IMG/VR virus record: IMGVR_UViG_3300048592_001022
Span: 1 to 63,305 of that record
Reading direction: 5' to 3' (one strand)
DNA: 63,305 nt
From: a virus
Lineage: Duplodnaviria; Caudoviricetes
Part shown: piece after piece, positions 10,864 through 21,400 of the stretch
Layout of the letters: every line of letters begins with the position of its first letter
Position numbering within the stretch: position 1 is the stretch's first letter
Notes under the pieces: model-generated
Database searches by the model: none
What the model saw: only the letters and a program-made list of their open reading frames with translations
Told to the model about the DNA's origin: nothing
Made by a program: the position numbers and the translations under genes

Positions 10864-11045
10864 ACTGCCTCCCAGGAATCATCCTGCACAAAAGTCTGAC
10901 CATCGCTCGTTCTTTGGACCGGAGCCTTGGAACCGGAACCGCTACCATTTTCATCTTCCGCCAGGGCTTCCAGCCACGTATCGAATTCCTCGTAAGCCAT
11001 GTCCAGTGACTCGTAAGCGGTAAATCCATACCGCTCACGCATCAC
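10860..11045 (-). CDS. Tail assembly chaperone C-terminal extension (lambda gpT-like, -1 frameshift product)
   Basis: In the -1 frame of the upstream chaperone after the G GGA AAA AAG slippery site, with no intervening stop. Confidence 0.75.
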   Translation of the reverse strand: MMRERYGFTAYESLDMAYEEFDTWLEALAEDENGSGSGSKAPVQRTSDGQTFVQDDSWEAV

Positions 11046-11059
11046 CGCAATGGCCCGCC

Positions 11060-11401
11060 TTAGAATCCGTGCACTTTCCTGACCGGACTGATGATCATCT
11101 TTTGCTGCCGCCTGGGCTTTTTTCCCTCGGTATCGATCCCCTTGCTTCGGGCATATGCGAGCATGATCTGCGCAACATGGTCTGCAATGAAGTCCATGTC
11201 ATCAGCAGGAATCTCGCCGAAAGCCTCCTTTGGAAAGTCCTCACAAAAAGACATGAGAAAGGCCAGCTGCTGCTCCTCCTCGGTCTTCTTCGAGTTTTCA
11301 GCCATTGCGAGCTTGTGCTTTGTCTTGAAGTAGTCCGACAGCAACACTGTCTCGTATTTTTTTCCTCTGAACTCTACTGGTCTTGAAAGCCTATATTCCA
11401 C
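11060..11401 (-). CDS. Tail assembly chaperone
   Basis: Between tube and tape measure; LSRPVEFRG...EIPADDM pattern. Confidence 0.75.
   Translation of the reverse strand: MEYRLSRPVEFRGKKYETVLLSDYFKTKHKLAMAENSKKTEEEQQLAFLMSFCEDFPKEAFGEIPADDMDFIADHVAQIMLAYARSKGIDTEGKKPRRQQKMIISPVRKVHGF
11117..11126 (-). other. Programmed -1 ribosomal frameshift site GGGAAAAAAG
   Basis: Contains both G-GGA-AAA and A-AAA-AAG heptamers; the -1 frame reads KAQAAAKDDHQSGQESARILRRAIAVMRERYG into the next ORF. Confidence 0.75.
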
Positions 11402-11433
11402 GGGAGACTCCGGTTAAATTCACTGGGGTTATC

Positions 11434-11949
11434 TTAAGCTATCTTCAGGTTTGCTCTTGCTGCGGCATGTTGATCAAAGCCACCGATCAGCGAGATGCCA
11501 GACATCACGTCGATCGTGACCAGGGGAACAACGCCGCGCGTGAGAACCCAGCTGAGGACCGACATTTCAACAGTTTGCGTGGCCGCTTTCGGGTCTCCAG
11601 CTTTCCAGGTGCCCGCGTCGACGCCTTTCACCCAGCCCCGTAGAACGCAGGTCATGGATTCGTTGCCGCCATCGGCTGCTGCCATGTGACCGAAGATCGT
11701 GGCTGTGACAAAACCGGACAGGTTGATGCCTGCAGACACAAAGCCCTCGATTGTCTGCTCGCCGAATTTGAAAGTTGCCTCGAGCTTTTCCATGCCCGTT
11801 TCGATCTCAATCGGAGCAGCCATACCGGCTCCACGCCACTCCTCGGTCTTGAATTTAATCTTTGGCAGCATGACTTCCTCGCAGATTGCTGAGAAGTCAG
11901 ACACGCCGAAAGTGATATTGAAGTTCTTTAGGTGCTTAGGAAGTTTCAT
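11434..11949 (-). CDS. Major tail tube protein (P2 FII-like)
   Basis: LPKHLKNFN, EEWRGAGM, GMEKLEATF, DAGTWKAGD motifs. Confidence 0.93.
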   Translation of the reverse strand: MKLPKHLKNFNITFGVSDFSAICEEVMLPKIKFKTEEWRGAGMAAPIEIETGMEKLEATFKFGEQTIEGFVSAGINLSGFVTATIFGHMAAADGGNESMTCVLRGWVKGVDAGTWKAGDPKAATQTVEMSVLSWVLTRGVVPLVTIDVMSGISLIGGFDQHAAARANLKIA

Positions 11950-11964
11950 TCTATGCGTCCCTCT

Positions 11965-13179
11965 TTATTTAACGCAGCACATCGCGACAGCGACGACTTT
12001 TGTTGTGGCATCCACATTCGGACCTGACCGCCAGGAGCAGAAGTGGGATTGAAAACCAACGGTGCCTTGCGGATAGGACTGCTTGAGCACAACGTCGTTC
12101 TTTCCTTCGACCTTGCAGCCACCCGACACGAAAAGAAAATTTGCTGGGCATGGCACGAAAAATCCAAAGGTCGAATTGGCTGAAATCGAAGCGCTGGACT
12201 GTGCAGTGCCGCAAACGCTGACAGGCGGCTTTCCGATCGGCCCGGCATCGCCCGTGGGGCCTTTCAGTCCGATCGCACCCGCATTGCCAGTTGCGCCTTT
12301 GGGACCAGTGGGACCGCTTACTCCACCGTCGCCGGTTGGACCCTTCAGACCTGTTGGTCCGGCAAGCCCGGTATCACCGACGATGCCCTTTCCACCAGCA
12401 TCGCCTGTGGCTCCCTTCGCACCAACTGGACCCTGTGCTCCGGCATCACCTGCGAGTCCCTTTGCACCAGCGTTTCCGCTTGGTCCCGTGAGTCCATTGG
12501 GGCCTTGCGGACCTGTATCACCTCGCGGCCCCTGTGCCCCAGCATCGCCGCTTGCTCCTTGCAGACCTGTTGGTCCCTGCGGCCCAGTGTCGCCTGCAAC
12601 ACCTTTGGCTCCCGAGTCACCGGATTGACCTTTCGCACCGACTGGACCTGCCGGGCCAGTGTCTCCTTTGGGACCCTGAAGACCAGTGTCTCCCGTGGGT
12701 CCTGTTAAGCCGATGGGTCCCGAAACTCCAGCATTTCCCTGTGGACCCTTCGGTCCAGGATCGCCAGTTGCTCCTTTGAGTCCCACCGGACCCTGTGGTC
12801 CGACATCACCTTGCGGTCCTTTCGCACCTACGGGGACGCCCATCCAGTTGCCACTTTTATCAATGAGTTGCTTTTTTCCAACGTGAAGAGAATTCACGTT
12901 TACATCGACCGGCATATTCACTGAGCCATTGGCATTGCTCACAATCACCGACGGAGGACAATCCACTTTTGACAAGCAGTTGAGTACTGTCGGCTTTTTA
13001 ATTCGCAGTGTCACGTCCTTGCCGCGATCACTGTTCATTATCTGCTCACTCGGCAAAGTGCTGGGGAGCAGTGGATTGGGGTTGTCCGAAAACACCTGGG
13101 CCACCGATGGCTCAGACGCTAAAAGCAGAAAAGCAGCTATGAAAATGATTCGACGCATAGTCAAAGACCTCTCAATCAA
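11965..13179 (-). CDS. Collagen-like protein with signal peptide and Cys-rich C-terminal domain (paralogue 2)
   Basis: Long Gly-X-Y run; [20 protein letters not shown] signal-like N-terminus; C-x-SGGC domain. Confidence 0.85.
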   Translation of the reverse strand: MIERSLTMRRIIFIAAFLLLASEPSVAQVFSDNPNPLLPSTLPSEQIMNSDRGKDVTLRIKKPTVLNCLSKVDCPPSVIVSNANGSVNMPVDVNVNSLHVGKKQLIDKSGNWMGVPVGAKGPQGDVGPQGPVGLKGATGDPGPKGPQGNAGVSGPIGLTGPTGDTGLQGPKGDTGPAGPVGAKGQSGDSGAKGVAGDTGPQGPTGLQGASGDAGAQGPRGDTGPQGPNGLTGPSGNAGAKGLAGDAGAQGPVGAKGATGDAGGKGIVGDTGLAGPTGLKGPTGDGGVSGPTGPKGATGNAGAIGLKGPTGDAGPIGKPPVSVCGTAQSSASISANSTFGFFVPCPANFLFVSGGCKVEGKNDVVLKQSYPQGTVGFQSHFCSWRSGPNVDATTKVVAVAMCCVK

Positions 13180-14381
13180 TTGCAGCAGATTACGTTTACG
13201 GTTCCGCGTGATACGGATGTTCCCGCTGATTTCCAGCTGCAGGTATAGAGCATCTGGTTATTCACGAGTTGCGGAAAGCCTTGAACCAGCTGAACTGCAG
13301 CAACGTTTGTACTATCCAAACTGCAGCCACCGCTGATCAGTTTTTGACCCGCTGGACAAAATCCGTTGACGATCTTCTCGCCGACCGCAGGAATGTTGTC
13401 TGAGATATTGCTCACGGAGCACGAGAACGCTCCATCAGCACCCTGCGGCCCGGTGTCGCCCTTCGGACCCGTCAAGCCTTGGGGACCTGTATCTCCTTTC
13501 GGACCTGCGAGGCCTTGTGGGCCAGCGGGACCTGTGTCGCCCTTCGGACCAGTGAGACCTTGAGGACCAGCAGGACCGGTGTCACCCTTGGGACCGGCAG
13601 GCCCTGTATCACCCTTGGGACCAGTCAAACCTTGAGAACCGGCGGGGCCGGTGTCACCTTTGGGGCCAGTTGGTCCAGTATCGCCTTTCGCACCAGTCAA
13701 GCCTTGGGGACCAGTTGCACCGATTTCTCCTTTAGGACCGGCAGGACCTGTGTCGCCCTTCGGACCAGTGAGACCTTGAGGACCAGCAGGACCCGTGTCG
13801 CCCTTCGGACCTGTCGGCCCGGTGTCGCCTTTCGCGCCTGTGAGACCCTGCGGGCCGGTTGCACCAACATCACCTTTCGGTCCAGTTGGTCCAGTGTCAC
13901 CCTTCGGTCCAGTAAAACCCTGTGGACCTGCAGGGCCTGTATCTCCCTTGAGGCCCTGAGGACCCGCATCGCCTTTCGCGCCCGTCAGACCTTGAGGACC
14001 TGTCGGTCCGATGTCTCCCTTGGGACCAACAAGATTTGCCTTGGGGCCGACCCATGCGCCTGTTGAATCAATCACGAGATTTTTTCCGACATATAAGGTC
14101 TTCACGTTTACGTCGACGGGCATGTTCACAGATCCCGTGGCGTTACTGACAATCACTGAGGCCGGACAGTTCTCCGGCTTTGTGCAATCGAGCGGCGCAA
14201 CCCTATTGATACGCAGCGTCACATCACCCGTTCGCGAGTTATTCGCGATGTTATCTATGAGATATGAATTCTCAAAGACTGGGCTTTCGTTGTCTGAAAA
14301 GATAGGCGTGGTCTGCTGCGCGAGCAGTACCGGCGTCAAAATCAATGCAATTAGGCTCATAGTCCAAAAGGTCTTTCTCAT
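13176..14381 (-). CDS. Collagen-like protein with signal peptide and Cys-rich C-terminal domain (paralogue 1)
   Basis: [15 protein letters not shown] repeats; [21 protein letters not shown] signal-like N-terminus; shares [26 protein letters not shown] with paralogue 2. Confidence 0.85.
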   Translation of the reverse strand: MRKTFWTMSLIALILTPVLLAQQTTPIFSDNESPVFENSYLIDNIANNSRTGDVTLRINRVAPLDCTKPENCPASVIVSNATGSVNMPVDVNVKTLYVGKNLVIDSTGAWVGPKANLVGPKGDIGPTGPQGLTGAKGDAGPQGLKGDTGPAGPQGFTGPKGDTGPTGPKGDVGATGPQGLTGAKGDTGPTGPKGDTGPAGPQGLTGPKGDTGPAGPKGEIGATGPQGLTGAKGDTGPTGPKGDTGPAGSQGLTGPKGDTGPAGPKGDTGPAGPQGLTGPKGDTGPAGPQGLAGPKGDTGPQGLTGPKGDTGPQGADGAFSCSVSNISDNIPAVGEKIVNGFCPAGQKLISGGCSLDSTNVAAVQLVQGFPQLVNNQMLYTCSWKSAGTSVSRGTVNVICCN

Positions 14382-14383
14382 GC

Positions 14384-15127
14384 TTAAGCTCCAATTTTCG
14401 TCAAATATTTATCTGTGATCGTTTCAGTAAAAAAGAGGGTCTCTGCGACTGGCGTCGGCGTGATCTCGTAGGCCCAGGACGCCTTGCCCGAGTTGATGTT
14501 TGCTGGGGTATTGGCTTCCTTGTCCGGATAGCATTTTCCGCCAGCAATTGCGCCTTCCCTCTTGAGGTTCTCGAGGAATGTATTCACCGACTCCGCGACG
14601 GTCTCGAAGTATGCGCCAGTGATTCCCTTGGCCACGGCCCAGCGATGGTTCGCCAGAATCGCTTCACGCACAGCGTCTCGAATCCTGACCTTCTGGATTT
14701 GATTCGTCTTAAGGTCGCTCGAATCACCAGAACCCCTCGCGCCCCAGAGCCGGAAACCGTCCTGGCGGACGATAGTCGCAATCTGCTTTCCATTGAGCAC
14801 CTGACCTTTGGAAGTCCCGTCGCTCAGAGAAAACGAGATCGGCACCGAGGTCCCGAGGATATTGAACGCCTCCTGGTTTGAAGGGCTCTCCCAGAACCTG
14901 ATTCGTGCCAGGATGCCTGCCGCGACTGAACTCATGGGGACCAGAACGGACGTGCTATTCGCCGAAATCTTCACTTCGGGGTAGAGAATGAGAACATTGG
15001 GGCCGCCGTTCGCCTTGACGAAATCGTCCAGGGCATTCTCTGCGCTGGGTCCATCAATAACAACAGTGGCTCCAAGCTTCCTGGAAACTTCCTTCAACTT
15101 TGCTGCGACTGGATTTGCGTCAGCCAT
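14384..15127 (-). CDS. Tail sheath protein, C-terminal part
   Basis: [30 protein letters not shown] sheath motifs. Confidence 0.9.
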   Translation of the reverse strand: MADANPVAAKLKEVSRKLGATVVIDGPSAENALDDFVKANGGPNVLILYPEVKISANSTSVLVPMSSVAAGILARIRFWESPSNQEAFNILGTSVPISFSLSDGTSKGQVLNGKQIATIVRQDGFRLWGARGSGDSSDLKTNQIQKVRIRDAVREAILANHRWAVAKGITGAYFETVAESVNTFLENLKREGAIAGGKCYPDKEANTPANINSGKASWAYEITPTPVAETLFFTETITDKYLTKIGA

Positions 15128-15135
15128 AAATCACC

Positions 15136-15627
15136 TCAAGCTGTTTTTCTGTTTGTTGAATTCGTCACCGTGCCGTTGACCACTGGAGGGTTCGGGGCAA
15201 CTGGCTGAGTAGATTCTTCGACCAACTTGGGAGCATCGGCCACCGTTTTGCCCAGCCCTGGCGCAAGAATGATCTTGGGCTTAAACCCGGTAATCGACTC
15301 GGCGTTCAAAAGAGCCTCGATAGCTGACTGGACATCAGCATCCGAGGAAGTTTTTGCTCGGGAAATGACAACAATGGCATCACCCTGGTCATAGATGACC
15401 TGCGTATTCAGATAGAGCGTCCCCTTCTCACCTGCCGCGCCGTCCGGTGCAATCGCTGCCAGCGCCTCCTTTTTCGTCAGAAAAACTGCAGGAGTTTCTG
15501 CCACCAGCGTCGACTGCGTGTGGGCAGTCCCAACGATTCCAATCGTCGATTGATTCGGCGAGCGAAACGCCCTTAGCTCGCCAGTACCTTCGACCACGAC
15601 AATGCCGTGAACATAAAGATCAGCCAT
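15136..15627 (-). CDS. Tail sheath protein, N-terminal part
   Basis: YVHGIVVVE, TIGIVGTA, KPKIILAPG (P2 FI N-terminal half). Confidence 0.85.
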   Translation of the reverse strand: MADLYVHGIVVVEGTGELRAFRSPNQSTIGIVGTAHTQSTLVAETPAVFLTKKEALAAIAPDGAAGEKGTLYLNTQVIYDQGDAIVVISRAKTSSDADVQSAIEALLNAESITGFKPKIILAPGLGKTVADAPKLVEESTQPVAPNPPVVNGTVTNSTNRKTA

Positions 15628-16024
15628 ATCTCACCTCGAAATTTCCGTTATAGATTCGCTTAAGGATTCCCCGCGCCTGCACTGAAACAGCCAGCGCCGC
15701 GTGAATTGCTTTGATTTCCAGTTCTGTTGGGACGCGTCCTGGATCCACTTCAAAGGTGTTTTTTGTAAGCCGCTTGAAGGTGATCGAAGGAAATCCGACC
15801 CAGGCCAAAGCCATACGAATTGACTTTAGGGTGCCGCGCAGCCTGATAAAATCATTGGCCTGCCTGTCGATAAGCAGCGGATCGGTAGCAAACGGCAAAA
15901 GCGGCAGTATCCCGTACTCCCACAGGATCGCGCCTCGGACCACAGGATCGGGCGACGTCCGAATGCTTGAAATTGGCGACGTATCGAACGTCGGATACTG
16001 CTTCCTGATGGTTTCTTCGATCAT
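15620..16024 (-). CDS. Short tail protein I (P2 gpI-like)
   Basis: WEYG...RLRGTLKSIRMALAWVGF motif; follows baseplate J. Confidence 0.7.
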   Translation of the reverse strand: MIEETIRKQYPTFDTSPISSIRTSPDPVVRGAILWEYGILPLLPFATDPLLIDRQANDFIRLRGTLKSIRMALAWVGFPSITFKRLTKNTFEVDPGRVPTELEIKAIHAALAVSVQARGILKRIYNGNFEVRYG

Positions 16025-16851
16025 ACGGCCTCCGTCACAGTCAGCTCGATTTTCTGAATGATCGCGTACCGTTCGGGCGCAGGCGGGTTGATCGTAACCG
16101 GCGAAATCAGCTCAACACTGAGCACCCCCGGTTGGTGCAGTTCCTTGATTATCCAGCTGATCGAAGGCAGCCACCCGAGACGCCTTTGCGCCTCAAATGA
16201 TTTGCGAAAGCTTTCCTCGATCGAAGCCTTATATGTGGCCTTGTAACCCGGCTGAAGCTTGATGGTCGCAGCAATCGAAAACGGCGTGTTCAGGGCCTGA
16301 ATAAAGGCCACTTCGTCCAGCGCCGGCTTTACGGTTTCCTTCTGAAAGGCCGTGGTCAAAGCCTTGATGACAGGATCGTTCTGGGTCCTGTCGTCTGAAT
16401 TGGTCATGACGTATATAAAAAGGCTGCCATCGACGTTTTTCACGTAGGCGTCCTTCACCTGGATGGTTTTTCCACCAACCAAGGCTTCGCCGTAAAGGAA
16501 TGTGAGCGCCTTATACATGGCCTCGGTCCCGGCTGGGGACGCAAGATCCTTGGTCCCTCGCATCCTGTCGCGATAGGCTTCGTAGCTCTCGCCTTCACGA
16601 ATTTTTCCCTTGAAAATGAAATCTATTTCATTGGAAAGCTTGACCAGCTGGGAATATGCGGCGAAGTTGATACGCTCGTTGCCCAGCACTTCGACCAAGG
16701 TCAGTTCGACAAATATGTGATAGAGCGGATCCGCTGCCGTTGGCGTCTCGAAATCTGAGTAAATTTTCTGGTAGGCTTCCGTGAAGCGGTCGAGCTTATT
16801 TTTGAGTTTTGCCTGAAAATCAGGCGTTTCAACTATTTTTGGCAGATCCAA
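16021..16851 (-). CDS. Baseplate J-like protein
   Basis: LPKIVETPDF, GESYEAYRDR, SPAGTEAMY, VKPALDEV motifs. Confidence 0.88.
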   Translation of the reverse strand: MDLPKIVETPDFQAKLKNKLDRFTEAYQKIYSDFETPTAADPLYHIFVELTLVEVLGNERINFAAYSQLVKLSNEIDFIFKGKIREGESYEAYRDRMRGTKDLASPAGTEAMYKALTFLYGEALVGGKTIQVKDAYVKNVDGSLFIYVMTNSDDRTQNDPVIKALTTAFQKETVKPALDEVAFIQALNTPFSIAATIKLQPGYKATYKASIEESFRKSFEAQRRLGWLPSISWIIKELHQPGVLSVELISPVTINPPAPERYAIIQKIELTVTEAV

Positions 16852-16853
16852 TT

Positions 16854-17165
16854 CTAAACTCCAACAGTCGTTCGCGTTGATCCAAGGGAAAGAGAAACCA
16901 GTAGCTCCTGGCCGTTGCGCTGATCAAACACAGCCTCCAGCCTGGAATCAGGGATCGTCTTTTCAATGCTGTCAGCCAGGTCACTCGTAAGCTCCAGGAC
17001 CGACGCCTGGGTGATGGACCGATCCAAATATTTCAGGTGATTGGTCCCGTACCAGCGAAGCATGCGCTTCGTCCGCTTCGATGTAACCACAGCCCGTCTC
17101 ACAGCCTGCTTCACGAAGGCATCGCCTTCGATAAACTTTCCGGTGCGCTCGTCCATGCCTCTCAT
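16854..17165 (-). CDS. Baseplate wedge protein W/gp25-like
   Basis: GMDERTGK...MLRWYGT pattern; start reassigned on ATGA overlap. Confidence 0.8.
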   Translation of the reverse strand: MRGMDERTGKFIEGDAFVKQAVRRAVVTSKRTKRMLRWYGTNHLKYLDRSITQASVLELTSDLADSIEKTIPDSRLEAVFDQRNGQELLVSLSLGSTRTTVGV

Positions 17166-17350
17166 GTGACTTTTCCACCTGTCACAGGACCACCGCTTGG
17201 CGTGCCTCCCGTGACGACAGCATTGGTCGTGATATGACTTATGATGACCTTTGCGACTTCCTCCCAAGCCTTCTTGGGGTCGCCGCTCGAGCCTGTGGCA
17301 GCTGCATATAAGGCATTTCCAAGCGCAGATTCAGTTCCAGCCAATGGCAT
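17162..17350 (-). CDS. Small baseplate-region protein
   Basis: 62 aa between gpV and gpW, translationally coupled. Confidence 0.6.
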   Translation of the reverse strand: MPLAGTESALGNALYAAATGSSGDPKKAWEEVAKVIISHITTNAVVTGGTPSGGPVTGGKVT

Positions 17351-17352
17351 GG

Positions 17353-17982
17353 TCAGCCTCCAAATGAATCGAGTTTTTGTGTTATTTGCGGCATATTCGT
17401 TGCTGCCGGCAGAAGCTTTTGAGGCCCCATCATGGTGACAGTTGTTGATGTTTCAACCTCTTTAAGGCCCTTTGAAACGAGGCCGATGACCTCATCGCCT
17501 GCAGCGTTCTTGATTGCAACCTTCTCAGCGTTGAATTCAATCCGCTTGCCTTTTGTCTGAATGATCAGCATGTCACCGCCGTCAATCGACAGCGTGTTCG
17601 TCTCCGAGTCGTAGGATACGGCCGTACCGTCTGGATACTTCCGAAGCCTTGTGGCTGGCTTATTTGATGGCGCTGGATTGTCGGTAGAATAGAGAGCAAA
17701 TCCCACATACCCGCCCGTCAGCTCACCGCCTGGCGCAAAGACCATGACCTGCTCCCCCACTGCGGGAAAATCCCATTCGATGCTCTTCGCTGCGCGCTGC
17801 TGAAATACTGGAAGCCAGCCGCTGTCGAATGGCGGAATCCCTGCATCAGGGTCGCCTTCGCTGAACCTCACCTGGACCAGGGCCTTATCGGCTTTGACCG
17901 CAATGATCCGTCCGGGCCTGATCATGTTATTGACCCTCCGAATGAGATCCTTGACAGCAATTTCCAGGTTCTCGATCGACAT
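17353..17982 (-). CDS. Baseplate assembly/spike protein V
   Basis: SGWLP, PAVGEQV, PGGEL, YPDGTAVSYD motifs. Confidence 0.9.
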   Translation of the reverse strand: MSIENLEIAVKDLIRRVNNMIRPGRIIAVKADKALVQVRFSEGDPDAGIPPFDSGWLPVFQQRAAKSIEWDFPAVGEQVMVFAPGGELTGGYVGFALYSTDNPAPSNKPATRLRKYPDGTAVSYDSETNTLSIDGGDMLIIQTKGKRIEFNAEKVAIKNAAGDEVIGLVSKGLKEVETSTTVTMMGPQKLLPAATNMPQITQKLDSFGG

Positions 17983-17986
17983 TCGC

Positions 17987-18433
17987 TTATTCCTTCACTT
18001 CCACTTCGTTTGGGGAAAACTCTGGCGGCATGACCATGGGCTTTTGGTAGAAAACGCAGTAGGTCATCGACAATGCTCCTATGCGCTGCTCGCCAATCAT
18101 TTCGTGCCCAAAGTCGATATATTCAAGCCGCCACTCATCGACGAGATTCTCCAGCGTTTCACTCGACTCGATGGATCGCTCGACGGCACTTCGTATCTTT
18201 TGAAGGTCTGCCTCTGCATCCTCTCCCACATACATGACTGCATCGACTTCAAAGCGAACCTCGCGATTTTCGTGATATCGAAGCTTTTCAACCAGGTGAT
18301 CCCTATGAAAATAGAGGTTCACAAATGGCAGCTCGTCCTTATTGACTTTCGTTACCCTGGCAAAGAACCGATTGAAGCCCGGCATGGCTTCGCTCAGGCA
18401 TTTCGCAAACGCTGCGCGGATTTCAAGGAGCAC
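17987..18433 (-). CDS. Putative tail terminator/neck protein
   Basis: ELPFVNLY motif; position in the structural operon. Confidence 0.55.
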   Translation of the reverse strand: MLLEIRAAFAKCLSEAMPGFNRFFARVTKVNKDELPFVNLYFHRDHLVEKLRYHENREVRFEVDAVMYVGEDAEADLQKIRSAVERSIESSETLENLVDEWRLEYIDFGHEMIGEQRIGALSMTYCVFYQKPMVMPPEFSPNEVEVKE

Positions 18434-18754
18434 CTAGAATCTCCTCTCGAAACCAGTGCCCTTGGCAAGATGCAGATCCAGCTCAGTGATACCGACCCCA
18501 GAAAGACGCGGGTTTTTCACTTCATAAGAGTCGCCCGTGGCGAGCCTAACGAGCTTTCTTTGTGTTAAATTCACGGCCATAAATTTAACATAGTCAACTG
18601 AGCCGCTATCGATCAGGAGGCGCGCTACCCTTGAGATCACGCCGGGCTCTCCGGCCTTCTCATCGAAATCGAACTCTGTAAAAATTCCTGATAGCGTGCC
18701 CCCCGGGTACGAAAAAACTTCTTCAAATTCCTCGATCATCGGGGGCTCCATGAT
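18434..18754 (-). CDS. Putative head-tail joining protein
   Basis: Directly after capsid; small beta-rich protein (GIF...GDSYEV...ELDL). Confidence 0.55.
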   Translation of the reverse strand: MMEPPMIEEFEEVFSYPGGTLSGIFTEFDFDEKAGEPGVISRVARLLIDSGSVDYVKFMAVNLTQRKLVRLATGDSYEVKNPRLSGVGITELDLHLAKGTGFERRF

Positions 18755-19782
18755 TAGGCAACGGTTACAAGACACGCCGTGTTTGGATCGAACGTCGCCA
18801 GGATCGGTGCCGATTGCAAGAGTACCAGGCGCTGTGATGGCTCCTCGACTTCCCAGGACTTCAGGAAAACCCGCTGTGCTCTAAGACCCGCACTCAGGTC
18901 TCTGATTGCTCCGTAGAACTGAACGCCTTGGATGTCGCGGCAGAAAAAGAGCGCCTGGTTGGTGTCGATATAGTATCTGCCATCGTCCGACTTACCTTCG
19001 TAGGTCCAAAGGCGCATGTTCCCGAACCGGCCTTTATAGACCAGATTGTCGAAGGAAATCGTACCAGGAGTGACGTTGAGTTCCATATCCACGCCGCGCA
19101 GCTGCGTGCTCAGGTACTTCTGCACCTGCTCATTGTCCTCATAGAGGTCATAGGCGCTTGGATGCATGATGACATCGGTTGGGCGTTGCTGCGTTAGGTT
19201 GAGATCAGCCATTTCCCGGGCAATGCCTTCAAAGAACTGGCGCATGTTGAGGGTCTTGTTCGTCCAGGCTTTGTCGCCTGTCAGGCGTTTGGTAAGTGAA
19301 GCAGCCCGCTCATAGTTTACAATGGCATCGATGCCCTCGCCCTTGATCGTGAGCTTGCCTGTTTTCACTACTTCGGCGGCCATCAATTCCAGCCGGTTCC
19401 GCCAGCGTTGCTGAAGCCTTGTCGTATCGCGGGCCAGCAGCAGCTGGGATCTTTGGATTGGGGTGAGCTCGCCACCGAAGTCTTCCCCGGCCATCCTGAC
19501 AAAGCCGCGATCGGGAGTGATCCCGGCCTTTTCCTTGATGTAGGCTGGTTTTAACGAATTGGTCCGATAGCCTTGCTCGCGGAACATCGGCGCTTCGACC
19601 AGGGGATGGACGAACGGCGCGATGCCGACCTTCTGCCCAGGAACTTCGTCAAAATAGATTTCCTCTTTTTCCGATTCGACCACTGTCGGGAAAAAGGTAT
19701 CGAGAAAGAACTGAGGCCGCGGCACGATTCTTCGGATCAGCCGGTTGAGGTAGTATATGCCATAGATCGGTAAATCAGCCAT
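18754..19782 (-). CDS. Major capsid protein (lambda gpE family)
   Basis: FFLDTFFP, IAPFVHPLV, KPAYIKEK, LLQSAP motifs. Confidence 0.93.
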   Translation of the reverse strand: MADLPIYGIYYLNRLIRRIVPRPQFFLDTFFPTVVESEKEEIYFDEVPGQKVGIAPFVHPLVEAPMFREQGYRTNSLKPAYIKEKAGITPDRGFVRMAGEDFGGELTPIQRSQLLLARDTTRLQQRWRNRLELMAAEVVKTGKLTIKGEGIDAIVNYERAASLTKRLTGDKAWTNKTLNMRQFFEGIAREMADLNLTQQRPTDVIMHPSAYDLYEDNEQVQKYLSTQLRGVDMELNVTPGTISFDNLVYKGRFGNMRLWTYEGKSDDGRYYIDTNQALFFCRDIQGVQFYGAIRDLSAGLRAQRVFLKSWEVEEPSQRLVLLQSAPILATFDPNTACLVTVA

Positions 19783-19784
19783 TT

Positions 19785-20177
19785 TCAGTCCTCGCCTTTC
19801 TCAACAAAAATCATGCGCTGGGCGAGGTCCTCATAAAGACCGTCGACCGTATATCCCTTGCCGACCTTCAGCGCGATGCCAAGGAAGGCACCTGTACGGA
19901 AAACCGGCGCAAATTTATCGCTGTCCGTTGCATCCACATCAATCTGCAGGACACAGACAGGCTTTTCGCTGCCATCAGCGACTGCCGTGGTACCGTCAGC
20001 TACAGTCTTCGAGCAAAGAACGAATTTTCCATTGGCAGTCTTACGACCCAGGATGGAGCCACGTTTCAGATTTTGACCGGATTCGAGCACCACGGATCCA
20101 CGATAAACGGGGAAACCGCCACGAGGCAGAAAATCCGGCTCATAGGTGGCGACATTGCGATAGGATGGATCAATCAT
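19785..20177 (-). CDS. Head decoration protein (lambda gpD-like)
   Basis: GQNLKRGSILG, DGSEKPVCVL..DVDAT motifs. Confidence 0.88.
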   Translation of the reverse strand: MIDPSYRNVATYEPDFLPRGGFPVYRGSVVLESGQNLKRGSILGRKTANGKFVLCSKTVADGTTAVADGSEKPVCVLQIDVDATDSDKFAPVFRTGAFLGIALKVGKGYTVDGLYEDLAQRMIFVEKGED

Positions 20178-21400
20178 GCTGTCCTCCGAACCTTGATGCC
20201 GTCGACTTTTTCCGCGATAGCGAGGATTGCATCCTGCTCGGCATCGAGACCCTTCGCATCCTCCTTTGGAGGAACATCGAGGCCAGCGAATGTCTTATCA
20301 AACGCCTTTCTCGGATCTTCCTTGGTCTTGGGTGGATTGGTCTTTTCCTCGATAAGGATTTGAAGAGCCGCTTCCTTGATATCTGCCCCAGACTCGATGA
20401 GCTGAGTGCAGAATTCCTCCGACACTTTGCCTTCTGCGAGCTTTCGGATCGATTCCACTCGCTTTTTTTCGACAAGTGCAGACTTTTGAGCCTGCTCTGC
20501 ACCCAGTTTCATGAAATGTGCGGCCACATCCGGGTATTTCCCGGCAATAAGCTCCGCTGTAATTGCTTCGTTCTCCACTTTCATGGCTCCATATTTTGAA
20601 ATTACGTTTTCAAGCGTCGATACTTCGTCGATTATGCCCCGCTCCTGGGCAGCCTTGCCCACAAACACCGCGCCCTGTCCAAATTTCGCAAGTACTTCAG
20701 CTGGGCTGATTCCCCGATTCCGTGCGACTTTCGAGACAAAGACCTCGGCCAGCCCGTCGATCACGGATTGAATCTCTTTTTTTCCTTCGTCGGAGTCTGG
20801 TGCCGGGTTCTTGTTCGGTGATTGGCTGGAACGGAAAGTGATCACACCCGGCTCTTTATCCGTGCGGACAGCGGACTGCACCCCAATGCTTCCAAGGATC
20901 GCTGAGTCGGAGGCATAGATGCGATCCGAGGCGCTTGCGATCCAATATGCTGCAGACGCACCCGTGCCGCCCACATAGGAAACGATTGGCTTTTGGCCGC
21001 GCGCTTCATGGATGGCGTCCGAAAGCTCCGAGCAGCCGTTGGCATCGCCACCCGGGCTGTCGACATCGAGCACGATCGCTTTTACGTCGGGCGATGAGAC
21101 CATCTCGTGGAGATCACGTCGGAGCATTTCATAGGAAGTAGCGCCACAAATCTCGGTCATGAGATTTGCGCGTTTGAATAGAGGACCACGGACCGGGATG
21201 ATTCCCACCCCGCCCCGGATTGTAGCTCGCTCGGCTGATTTCATCCTGGTTCCTCGGATCTTCTCCAAGGCTGAGATGTCGTCCATGGATTGCCGTTCGA
21301 CGATTTGAATCATCTCGCGCAGGGCCTCTTCAGTGATGGCCCATTGAGTATTCAGGATGGCATTTAAGGCGAATGACACGATTAACCCCGCAGTTAACAC
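20174..21400 (-). CDS. S49 capsid maturation protease/scaffold
   Basis: VLDVDSPGG, ASAAYWIAS, GSIGV motifs. Confidence 0.93.
   Translation of the reverse strand: MLTAGLIVSFALNAILNTQWAITEEALREMIQIVERQSMDDISALEKIRGTRMKSAERATIRGGVGIIPVRGPLFKRANLMTEICGATSYEMLRRDLHEMVSSPDVKAIVLDVDSPGGDANGCSELSDAIHEARGQKPIVSYVGGTGASAAYWIASASDRIYASDSAILGSIGVQSAVRTDKEPGVITFRSSQSPNKNPAPDSDEGKKEIQSVIDGLAEVFVSKVARNRGISPAEVLAKFGQGAVFVGKAAQERGIIDEVSTLENVISKYGAMKVENEAITAELIAGKYPDVAAHFMKLGAEQAQKSALVEKKRVESIRKLAEGKVSEEFCTQLIESGADIKEAALQILIEEKTNPPKTKEDPRKAFDKTFAGLDVPPKEDAKGLDAEQDAILAIAEKVDGIKVRRTA

Noticed and set aside
12250-14030. Tandem DNA repeats as a CRISPR array or DGR
   Set aside because: They encode in-frame Gly-X-Y collagen; no unique spacers, cas genes or reverse transcriptase
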